DNA from: Klebsormidium nitens
Lineage: Eukaryota > Plantae > Klebsormidiophyceae
Assembly: GCA_000708835.1 (NCBI GenBank)
Contig: DF236997.1
Location: 62,001-126,000, forward strand
DNA length: 64,000 nt
Direction: 5' to 3'
Part shown: positions 39,901 to 50,362 of the stretch, piece after piece
How positions within the stretch are numbered: the first letter of the stretch is position 1
Layout: each line of letters begins with the position of its first letter
The notes under the pieces: model-generated
Databases searched by the model: none
What the model was told of the DNA's origin: nothing
The model's input: the letters and a program-made list of their open reading frames with translations, nothing else
Translations under genes and position numbers: made by a program

Positions 39901-41014
39901 CGTGGTCTTCAACGTCCTCCTACAGGTCAATCTCTGCCACCCAACCTGTGCTTCCTTCTCGGTTGTGGATGCAGTAGACTTTTAAGATCGAATGACGAAG
40001 GACAGCCCTCTTCTGTCAGATTGTTCCGCCCGGCCGTATGTGTATCTCTTGCAAGACCTTTTGAGTTGCTCTGACCGCTCTTTGGCTGCTGCAGGGAGAG
40101 GTCAGCGAGGCGTCCCTTCTGCCCGGGATCGGCCCACTCTTCGAGCCAATGCAAGTCGCTCTCGACCAGCTGCTCGACCACGGTAAGCAGCCAAAGTTCT
40201 TGCTTGATTCAGTTGCTTTCGCACACCCTCACGATGCCACCGTCGTCTCGACTCCTTGAATGTTGAGTTCGCCTGTTTGCGTGCAGGTGCCTTCAGCAGC
40301 TCGGTCGATCTCAGATTCATTCTTTAGCTCTCCTGTTCCAAATGACGTTCTCCTTCCTGTGCCTCATTGCTCATTTGCCGTTTGTAGTGCTGGAGGCCTG
40401 GACGAAGGTGAAGGACATTGAACTGCAAAAAGACTTCGCCTTGACGCTCCAGAAGGACTACCGCCACGTGATGAGCATGTGAGGGGCACACAAAGCCGCG
40501 CGCTTTATTTTGACGACTGCCATCGACCTATTTCTTAATGGTGTCCTCAACTTGCGTTTGATCAGAGCGGCAGGATCTCTCGGACTTTCCTGATTTAACG
40601 GCGATGAAAGCAATAGATCTCGTAGACGCAGCGGACATTTGGAATCGGCATCAGCCAGGTGGGTCATTCTGCCAGGACTGTCGCACTGCAGGCTCCTGCT
40701 TCCGGACGCCTTAAGGACGGCCTTGGTTTGAGCTTCGTAGTCGGACCCTTGCCCGCAGGTTCTTCCACCTCCGGAAAGAAGTGCAGCGCCGCGCCACTGT
40801 GCTTCCACCCAACCCCACCTTAAGTGACGCCGACGTCAAGCAGATGGCTATGGAATATTGGCTGGCGTCCCAAGACGAGGGGGCGGCCGTGAAAGCGGCC
40901 CTGGCCTTCGAGATAGCACTGCCGGAGATCTCGCAAACAATGCTAGATGGGTTTTACGTCCGCCAGGGAGCCGTGCAGGCAGACTTGGACGCCGCCCGTC
41001 TGGAAGAGGAATAA
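36908..41014 (+). CDS. Stand-alone T4 Rnl1-type ATP-dependent RNA ligase (RNA_lig_T4_1-like) with putative transit peptide; 9 exons
   Basis: Exons 36908-37212 (tentative), 37639-37995, 38400-38532, 38738-38892, 39369-39564, 39794-39925, 40095-40182, 40388-40478 and 40759-41014 splice in phase. QARGIILEKETNRVVCRPFDKFFN parallels T4 Rnl1 CRGIMFE…RPMEKFFN; motif I EKLDGS (Lys codon 38494), YMFEL, motif IV EGFV, motif V KIKSP. Confidence 0.88.
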
Positions 41015-42196
41015 TGTTTGATCATCTTTCGCCTGACAAGATGGGTATTACCCTTGACTACTGTAGGGAGCGAGATTTGCTGCCAAGCAACGTGCATGAG
41101 GCGTCAGGGATCGATGGCAGAGTTTTTATGTCCTTCTCGATGCTTGTAGCAAATCATTGTCAGAGCAGCCACGTTGAGGATGGTGTTAACCTGAAGCCCG
41201 GAGGCGCGTGAATCTTCCTTGTTTCTAACCGATATCAACGAGGCATGTCGGCTGCAAGTGATGTCCAATAAGAACTATTGTTTTAAAACTCCTGTAATTC
41301 AAGGCCGGGCAGTGTACCTAGAAATTAGCAATATTGACCTGTATGGATCGGCCGTTTGTGATTGCTGATTGCCAGGCAGACGCGCTTCGGTGAATCGAAG
41401 CTGGTGGACGGCACCTGGGACACATGCACCCTTTGAAACTAGATCCTCAATGGTGCATGCAGGCAGACTGTAATTGCAGTGGCTAGGCGGAAGTGACCGA
41501 ATATGTTTCAATTGCCACGTACACGATCATGCCATCGTACCACATAATCTTGATGATCGACGTGCCAGGGTCGATCAACATATCTTATGTCTCAATCTGT
41601 GCTATACCATTGGCGCAATTGAGTGACGGCTTCCGCAGTCTGCATCGTTGACCAATGGATGAGAACTTGAAGTTTACTACAGCCTAGCCTTGAACACCTG
41701 GTATCGATGCGCGGTTGTTACTTCACAACCAAAACGTACTATACCTATGTAGATGATATTTTTGCAATCACTCGGGTGTGACTGGAATGCAGAACAATGA
41801 TGCTTTTCAATACTTGCAAATCATAGAACCATGTAGCCTCCGCATCTTCGACGCTACAAGTTATATGGTAAGGAATGCTGAAGGTTTTAAGAATGTGGCC
41901 CGGGCGGATATGTTGCAAAGTTTTTGCGTGCCGAAAGAACTGACCATGATCTCTTCGAGTGCATCAAACAGCTGTTGTTAGGGGAGCCTCCACGACTACG
42001 TTCTAGATGCAGAATATTGACATGCAGACCGTGTATCCCTGAAACTTCCAGTAACCTTTGCTTACCAAGCATAAGTCGAACCTGCAGCCTGTAAAGCATA
42101 CCTCCTTGTTTAAACATCATCCCCCTGCACGGCCGTCTGAACCTATGGAGCGACTTTGCGAGCACTACCATAACTAGCTGACAGGTAGCTGATTAT

Positions 42197-45100
42197 CTAA
42201 GAGACGGCGGAGGGTGTGCCCTCAGCCCCGGGCTGGTGCGCCTCACCCGGCGAGCTTTCACGTGGCGGCTCACTCCTTGTGCCGTCCCCGTCATTTCTAT
42301 CACTCTCCTGCGTTTCTAAAGAGCCTGCTTGCTCTTCCAGCTTCTGGATCTTCTCTTTCTTGCTATCCGACGGCCAGGCTTCCTCTGCCGCACCGCCGTC
42401 TCTCCTGGGACTGGCCGCGTTCCCCGTGAGCGTGGGCCCCGGGGTGGACGGCCCCGTGTCGCCCCCACTGTGCGCCTCTCCCGACACAGCCGCGCCGCCC
42501 TGTTTCGGCACCTCGAGCGCAGGGAGCTCCTGCTGCTCGGCCTGCTCGGCTGGCACAGCTGGTGCTGCAACGGGCGGGCCTGCCTGCGCCGCCTCTCCCG
42601 CACCGGGGCTGGGGTGTAGGGCCGGCACGGCGGGCTCCTGGGAAGGGCCTGCTAACACCAGCTGTTCCGGAGGTGCCCACTGCCTGCGCGGCTCGAGCCA
42701 GCCGGCGACTGCCGCCGGCTGCAGGCTCTCCGCGGCCCGGACGCTATGCGGCCGGCTGGCCCCACGTATACTATGATCTGCAGTCGCGGTTTGTCCCGCT
42801 CTGTCGGGGCTGGGCCTGTCCTGATGGAATAGTTGAGGCACGCTTGAGGGCGGCCTCTCTTTGCGGACCTGGCTGGGTCCTGCTGCAGGCGGGGCCGCCG
42901 CTGCCCGCCAGGTGGGGCCGCGACTGCGAACTCGGAGGAGCTCCTCCTGAAACACACCACGGAGAACTGTGAGACCGAGCAATGGCAGAAAGCATCTGGG
43001 CCTACGAGGAGGCTTAGGTATAAGAGATTACTCCAATACTGAGCCGGCACATCTTCGAGGCCCTCTGAGAAATCAGAGCCCTCGGTGTGTCACTGCGGTC
43101 AGTCGGGTACAGGGAACATTCTCGAGGACTTTGATGCAGCAAAGACTTCATTCATTTTCAATCAAGGGGAAGTGAGTTCCAAGGGTCGGAACTGGCAGAT
43201 TCGCTCCAAGTACGTATCCAATTGTCCGACGCAGCAAGTGGGGCTTGTTGAGCTTGGCAAACACAATGGCCTTTCGAAGGCTGGATTCGGCTTGCAAAGT
43301 GCGCGACTGGTTGAAGAAGGCACTCAGCAAGTACGTTGCAACCGGGACATGGGGCGCTAAAAACTGCCAGAGTCCCATCCTGGCAGAGACTACCAACTGC
43401 TACCAATGGCTGGCGAAAAATGGCCAGACGGGCCTGTGCATGCTGACCTGGAGAGCCCTGTTGTCGGCTGCGAGCTGCGCACACTGTTCGCTCAGGCGGA
43501 GAAGCTCTCCGCGCAGAGCCACATTCTCCTTGTTCAAGTGGTCTACGCGCCCGCTCAGCTCCTCGCACTCCGCCTGCACCGCAGAGTCCGCTGAGCACCC
43601 CCATTGATTCCAGGCCTTTCAAAGCAAAACAAGCATGCCTTCGCTGCTTCTGTGCATCATTCTATGGCCCCTTTACTTGCTCTGAAAGGAGGAAGGAACG
43701 CTCTGTGGAAGAAACACGCTGCCAGCCCTTACCTGCTTGCGGAGTCGAGACCGGCGTGCAGATTCTCGGTTGCTTTGCTTCCTCCGCTGCTTTCTCACTT
43801 CCTTATCGTCCTGCAGAACCGACGGGGTTGTTCAGCCAGGCACTAGTGTTCTCGCACAAGGCACGACTCTAGACAGCTAGGCTTGGATATCATGCACAGG
43901 CAGAGTAAGTAAGGCATATCAAGACGCTGCATGCAGTCTTCCATCGAAAAAGCTCTGGCTCTAAGAGTGACCTCCAGCCCTTACCACATCCCCTTTCCCC
44001 TCGCCGCCTCCCGAGTCAGCCCCCTGGCCCATGCGTAACCACATCTCATTTTCGCTTCCTGGATCCCCAGTCTGCAGACCAGGGATCATGGACAAGCCCT
44101 TGACGCTTGCGGTTGGTTTGCTGGGGCCGTTTGCAAAGTCCTGTGAGGATGCGGAGGCGAACGCACCTCTCCCCTGGTAGGGAGGCAGGCCTGTGCCCCG
44201 TGCTGCAATGGCTGTGGAAGCAAAGGGCATAATCTCAATGCAAAGTATCACACAAAGACCTCAATCTGCCACAATTCGCGCAACCGATTTCAGCAAGCTA
44301 ACTTTCAGTTACTCTTCAACAATGTCAACCACACATTAGAACCGAATCCTCATCGTTCGCAATTGTGACCTTTTCGTAAATGCTGACAAGTTTACTTGCA
44401 CTTGCTACAGCAGCACCCTCCCCACGTAGTGCTCACCATCCATGCCCATGTGCTCGTAGCTCCTTTTTCTCAGGATCTGCAGGCCCGGTGCGAGGTCCAT
44501 GTCCACTCGGGCCTTATCATCCTCATGGCTGCTCTCACTGCCCCCGCTGCTGTGGCTCTGCGATTCCCCATTGGACTTAAGCAGGTTGCCCAGGCTGCCC
44601 AGGCTGCCCTGGCCTCGCTGCAGGGCCGTGCCCCCGCTCAGCTGCCCACTCAGCTGCCCGCTCAACTGTCCAGGCAACCACCCCTGCACAACAAGGGGCG
44701 GGATCAGCCAAACCACACATGCGGTCGTGCATAAGATCCTTCAAAGTACACCGAATCAGCCTGGTCTCAGAGCGTCTTCCAGGTATGCCCCCAAAATTGA
44801 AGATGGATGCAGAAGAGTAGGCAAGCGGCTGATGCAAACATCTATGACTGAAGTGTCTTGAAGTAATTTTGCTTTCGAGGTTACAACTTCACGCACTTCG
44901 TCTTTGCCAAAGACGAAAGATTTGCCTACCTTGACACGAGCTATGTTGGGATCAAAGGCCGATGCAGGATTCTGAGTAAAGGGGCCATACCCAGCCTGCA
45001 AAGGACATAAGAGTGTAAGAGCAGCTGTTTGATAATCCGCGCAAGAGCCAAACCAGATGCCGAAACAACCGCTCACTGTTTGCAGCATCAGAGCTCTCTC

Positions 45101-46028
45101 TGAAACAATACTTCTCAGCACTTCCCACCTAAACTGCAAAATTGAGCGCTCACCGGAAAGAAGGGACCGGGAAGGCTACCGCCGAAAAGAGTGGGGCTGA
45201 CGTTCTGCACACATTGAGTGAGCTAAGCATGTTAGCATGAGTAAAATGGAGGCCCTTATTCACATTACAAGGATGTCCCCTTCTCAAACCGTCAGAGGGG
45301 GACCCCTTCAATGTTTATATGACCCGATGTGGCTGGTGCCTTGCACTGCAACTCCACACCACATACTAGGGCTTCAGCATTCACACAACCGCCACTTGCA
45401 CAAATATCCAACCTGTTGGAGTGGTCAAGCATGCACGGTCCGCTTTTCCAAGTTCCGTGGAAGTTGTCAGTAGCTATGACAGAGCATATCGATTGGCCAC
45501 AATTACTCTTGTAGTAAATAAGTCACCTGGCCTGCCCACGGGTTTGGCGGGGGTCCCAGTGGAGAAGCAGAATTTGGCGCAGTTGCCTGCCGCTGGCCCT
45601 GACCATAAAAAGCCTGCAAAATCCAGGGCATGTCAAGATGCAAACCAGTAACTTTCATTGGTTGGCACTTGCCCCTGCATCCAGATAGTCAACCTCTGTG
45701 CCCCATCAAAAAATCCTGAGATACAACCCCCTCCATATCCTCAAAGAACAAGTTGAAGGTTGATCTGCACTCTCGCAACTCGGGCAAACCACTTTTGCCG
45801 AGCTGTGAAACCGTAACTCACAACCAAGTTGTCCTCCCAAATGAGAGGAAGTGCAGCAGGGTCTGATGGTACCTGGAATGCTGCTTGCCAATCGTAAGCC
45901 GGTTGCATCTCTTTCATAACCATGCCGTTTGGAAAGTCCGCCTTTGGCGTTCCACCAAGGTTGGCGTCTTGTGCTGCAGTGGGACCTCCCAAGGCCACGC
46001 CGCCTTCGCTGTCTTCTTCCATCTTCAA
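42197..46028 (-). CDS. GBF: G-box-binding factor, group G bZIP transcription factor
   Basis: N-terminal MFMR-like YDWQAAFQ|AFYG…PPPNPWAGQ; basic region RKQRRKQSNRESARRSRLRKQ (~43734-43811) spliced to zipper AECEELSGRVDHLNKENVALRGELLRLSEQCAQLAADNRALQ; long Pro/Ala/Glu-rich C-terminus. Confidence 0.9.
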
Positions 46029-47097
46029 TGAATGATTCCTGACACACTATCGGTTCGGCATGCTTGCAGCTGCACAATCAAGGGTAGGCTATGATCAGCA
46101 AACTCTCAGAACAGGGTGGTACAAGAATGACCCTTGAATCTGATAGTTCGCGTGTCCAATAACGACCGCAGGGTGGTATGAGTGCGCAGCAAAAAGACGT
46201 GCAAAATCTCATGGCAGTAGAGCTATCTACAGATTGCACTCAGCTCAGATTACTTTGTGCAGTTACAAAAGATGGTTCTTAACAGAAGATTCGACCCTGC
46301 CCCTCAATAAGTCTGCGATGCAAACATGTGAACTGGCCCACTTTCAATGATGTCCGGAATGCATGTGGTATAACCCTGCCACGGATAAACGACATCAGGC
46401 ATGCATTGAAGTGCAAACCGTATGCCAGTCTGGCTTAAAAAGCAGCCCAGGCACAAGTGACGTCTTCAAGTTGCATCCTTGCGGCATTGTTCATATCTTT
46501 TGCAATTCTGACGCTTTTGATAAGGAGCTCAGCTCAAAAAATCCAATACATGACCCATAGAACAGCGTTTGTGCACCAAATTTTATCCCAAAAGATGCAG
46601 GAGTGCACTCACAAGATTGCAAAAATCTACCCACTGCAAACAACAGTGGTCTAACTTGAGATTAACAAAACAGGTTACCATCTTCATCACACAGGCAAAA
46701 AAGTTTACATTAAGAGCAAGAACCTCTTTTGAATGAAGAACAGCTCTTACCGTATTCTCTCAATTGATTGCAGCAGACTCTCTGTAGAATGCCATGCTGA
46801 ACTTTCCACCCATCACTCTCAACGTCATAGAGCCATGTTTCCAAGAGTGCGCGTGTATCTAAGTAGCTTCAGAACCCAACAAAAACCCTCTTTCTGAACA
46901 CATGAGCCATGTCTCCCTTTCCCGTGCTCGAAGGCGCCATGGCATTCCCTTTCCCAGCTCAGCTGCACTGGTCAGTGCTTGCAAAGCAGCTGAATATTGG
47001 AAGGCCTGATTGCACCATGCCATGATGGCAGGCTGAGCTGGCTTCAAAATCTGACATCAGATTGAGAAATCTTGGAGGTTGGACGTTGCACAACGCT

Positions 47098-47105
47098 CCA
47101 CGTGG
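47098..47105. promoter_or_regulatory. Perfect G-box CCACGTGG upstream of the GBF gene
   Basis: CCACGTGG(C) ~1.07 kb upstream of the GBF ATG; canonical GBF binding site. Confidence 0.4.
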
Positions 47106-47340
47106 CAATCTTGCCCTCAAATGAAGATTCTGCAAACCGGTAATGCTCTCGTGAGCGCTGCTCTTATCCATTACCGCCGTTTGACCGTGAGATGTTCTCC
47201 TAGCTAAAAACAAAGGACAGCTTCTCGGATTCTTGTCGAATCGAATCCATCAAGCAGGTTCTGCCTGCAACGAGCACTCGATTCTGAATTTTTGGCGCGG
47301 CCCCCGACCAGCTGTCCAAAGTCGACTATAATTGCAGGCA

Positions 47341-47400
47341 CTGGTACTTTAGGCACCGCTCGGAGTGGAGGTTCCGTTCGTCCGAGCGGTACGGTACCAG
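47341..47400. repeat. 60-nt imperfect inverted repeat (stem-loop)
   Basis: accgctcgga (47355-47364) pairs with tccgagcggt (47381-47390); ctggtac (47341-47347) pairs with gtaccag (47394-47400). Confidence 0.8.
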
Positions 47401-47512
47401 CGCGGTGCAAGGGACCGGAATAGCCGACTTACAAAGACAGCTGGCCTGGGTCAAGGAGAAGACGCGAGTGCGCGCCGCAGGCAAAACTGCTTTTGGCGGA
47501 GGTGAAGCGGCC

Positions 47513-47715
47513 GCCGGTTGAATACGGCCAAAGTTCGAGAAAGTTTCGAAGCGGGGCCAACGTGGCGCCGGGTGAATACGGCCGCTCTTGGGTCGTAACT
47601 TTGAAGCGGGCCAACGTGACGCCGGGTGAATACGGCCGCTCGTGAGGCATTTGTGCTAGAGCGAGCTGCAGCTGGCTTGCTGCGAACGACGCAATTGGCG
47701 CCGGGTGAATACGGC
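47513..47715. repeat. Four-copy array of GCCGG(G/T)TGAATACGGC
   Basis: Copies start at 47513, 47567, 47621 and 47700 (spacings 54, 54, 79); copies 2 and 3 share a longer unit …GAAGCGGG(G)CCAACGTG(G/A)CGCCGGGTGAATACGGCCGCTC. Confidence 0.9.
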
Positions 47716-48008
47716 TGATTATTAGAAGACAAGCAGTATGTGGTCGACTGCATCGTGGCAGGCGAGTTGGGCTTCTGATGTGCGGTTAAGCAATAACGTG
47801 ATTGCACCCGCTGGAGGGGATGCTGGTGGATCATGCGAGCCAAGTCCTGGGGAGAGCGGACGCTGGGAAGCGGACATCGGCTGGGCGGGAGCCGACTGGT
47901 GAGCGTTTCAGCATAGTAGGGAGAACGCTAGAAGTGTTTGGTCGTCGAGTCAACGTAGAGCGTTTGTTAAAATATCTATAGGGTGGGTTCGGGTGGGAAC
48001 GAAAAAGA

Positions 48009-48329
48009 ATGGCGCCCGAGCGCCTTGTAAAAAAGCTCCTCCGAGTTCCAACAGGAAAGAAGGAAGGAGCTGTGCGTTTCGTCGAAGATGTGCTTCAATT
48101 ACATCGAACCTTGACCGTTCGATGAATTCGTCTCGCGATGCGCCAATCAGTGCGCAGTCCACTAGCTGAACGTTCTCGAATGGGCAAAAAGTTAAAACTG
48201 AATGGGGGCAACCGTCCTCTGATTCCAAGTGCTGACGGGCATGAAGGTGCGCTGTCTTCTACATTATACATGCAAGCACAGGTCCATGGGCGCCGGCGCG
48301 GCGGGAGGCGCTTAGCTTGGCGAAATTGA
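48009..48329 (+). pseudogene. Possible degenerate coding relic (one in-frame TGA), family uncertain
   Basis: MAPERLVKKLLRVPTGKKEGAVRFVEDVLQLHRTLTVR*IRLAMRQSVRSPLAERSRMGKKLK… stays in one frame across TGA 48123-48125. Confidence 0.25.
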
Positions 48330-49032
48330 TCGAGCATTGGGGGTCCACCCTCTTTTCAACCATTGTGTCAGTCCTACTTATTGGCCGAAGGCGGTGGCAG
48401 TGTTGGACCACTTTTGCGGTCGCACGGTATGTTAGAACTTATAAGGTACTTTTGCTGGGTCCCTTTGGCTAGTTTACTCCGTCCTTTCCAGTTTTCTTGC
48501 ATGGTACTTCTGCTGTCATGGATAAAAGGTCAAGTTTCTCACATGTTGCCCGTTTGCACAGCATTGTGCGAGTTGATTGCAGACAATGTTGTTGAATCTG
48601 GTCCCAACATTCCTCTGGATCGCAAAGATCGAGCAAGCAAAGTCTGAACTATGGAATTCTTCAATGATTATGACAGAAGCGAATGTGAAGCACCCAGTAT
48701 GTTAGAGTGTCATTCGAATATCACTCTTCCAACCAAAGTGACTTGCGTAGAGGGTTTGATAAAGCTACCCGGTTGAATTGAACCCGGTGCTGAGCTAATG
48801 AAATTGAAGGAGGATTAGGCTTGGTGGGGTAAGCAACACAAGCAACGGTGTTCCCGATCCCTTGGAGAATGAAGGGGAGAGGGCTTTTGTGACATGTGCT
48901 GGCAGGAGAACTGGGCTAATGTGTGGATTGTCATGAAGTTGGATGTACCATGGACACTCACCAAATTTTTCAACTTGGCAATTTTGGATTTCAAGCAGAT
49001 CAACTTGGTCCTCTAGACTGCACCCACTCCAG

Positions 49033-50362
49033 ATGGACCATGAAAGCAGTCCCGGAGGGGATCCCATGCGCAATGTCAGCCCTCAGGTAAGATGGTCAAG
49101 GTCAGTGAACTTGGCAAAGAGTCTCAATATGACATTGCTGGATCAGAAGCAGATGTTCTGTTTGGCTTTCAGTTGTGAGTTTCAAAAAATTCCAATTTAG
49201 AAAAGGCAGTTGCCTTTCTCTGCACAAAGTCCTTTCGCTGCTGAAAAGGAAGGACAGTTAGAATGGCGTGCCATACTCTTGAAGGCCATGAAATTCATTT
49301 TTCGTCGGTCTTTCTTTGCAGGGGCCTCTGGTCGGGCAGAAAAGGAAAAGGCCCCAAGTGGGCGCACCACCAGAGTGTGATTGTGGCGGCGAAGTCGTGC
49401 TGCTCGTAACCAAGTATGGGGAAAATGAAGGGCGGGTGAGGACTCCAGCTTTTGTGCCTTCCCTGACGGACTTTTCCACTTCTGCTGGTTTTGGAATAGG
49501 CAATCTTCTATCACTTGGAATGCAGTCTTCTATCACTGGGAATCATCTTGGGCCTCAACATGGCAAAGCAACGAAAGGTTCTCCATTTCAAGGTTGACAA
49601 GTTGGGTGAGATTATGGTCTGGCTGATCCCACATTACTTATGTATCATTTAGAGAGTGGTTGCAGCCTCTCAGTGGAGAGGAACTAACGATCTTGAGGCA
49701 AGCACGAGCTGAACGTGCTCGAAATTGTCCACTTGCAGGAATACTGGAAGTGCCGCACTTGTACTGAATGGCTCCAGTGGAAGGACGACAAGAGCATCCC
49801 AGTTCCAAAGTGCGATTGCGGGTTGAAGGCACGGAAAGCAACGGTTAGACACGGGCTGCCTCACAACATTGGAAAAGAGTTCTATGGTTGCAGGAAGTAT
49901 CCGCAGCCAGATCATTGCAGGTTCTTCATATGGGCTGATGGAACAGAGCCTTTCGGCCCCGAGTCATTTGCTAGATTCGGTCGTTGGATGGGTTCGGATT
50001 GCTTGTGTGACGGCTGTTCCGGACAAGAGGGGTTTGAGGGACATGAAGGTGGCGATTATGAAGATGAAGGAGCTGAGGATGATGGATCGTGGGAGCAAGA
50101 AGGTGTGGAGGACGTCGAGGAGAGCGAAGAATTCGGAAGAGGCAGCGAGGTGGATTTCGAGGGAGAAGAAGGGGAAGAAGAGGACGAGGAAGGAGAAGAT
50201 GATACGGACGCCGATGCGGAGGAAGACGAAGAAGAGGGTGATGAAGAGGAAGAGGAAGAGGCGGGTGAGGAAGAAGAAGAGGATGACGGAGGAGAAGAGG
50301 AGGCGGGGCAAGGAGTTATAAAGATTGATGATCAGACGGACGAGGATACCAAGGAAAATTGA
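49033..50362 (+). CDS. Tandem GRF-type zinc-finger protein with long acidic C-terminal tail (~260 aa; 5' end tentative)
   Basis: Exons 49033-49086, 49322-49435 and 49739-50362 splice in phase: KRKRP; PECDCGGEVVLLVTKYGENEGREYWKCRTC; PKCDCGLKARKATVRHGLPHNIGKEFYGCRKYPQPDHCRFFIWAD; ~110-aa D/E-dominated tail. Confidence 0.8.

Noticed and set aside
43148-43396. 82-aa ORF inside a GBF intron
   Set aside because: Flanking bZIP exons splice in phase without it; no motif
47513-47715. CRISPR-like appearance of the repeat array
   Set aside because: Eukaryotic context, spacers partly duplicate each other, short 16-18-bp core, no cas genes
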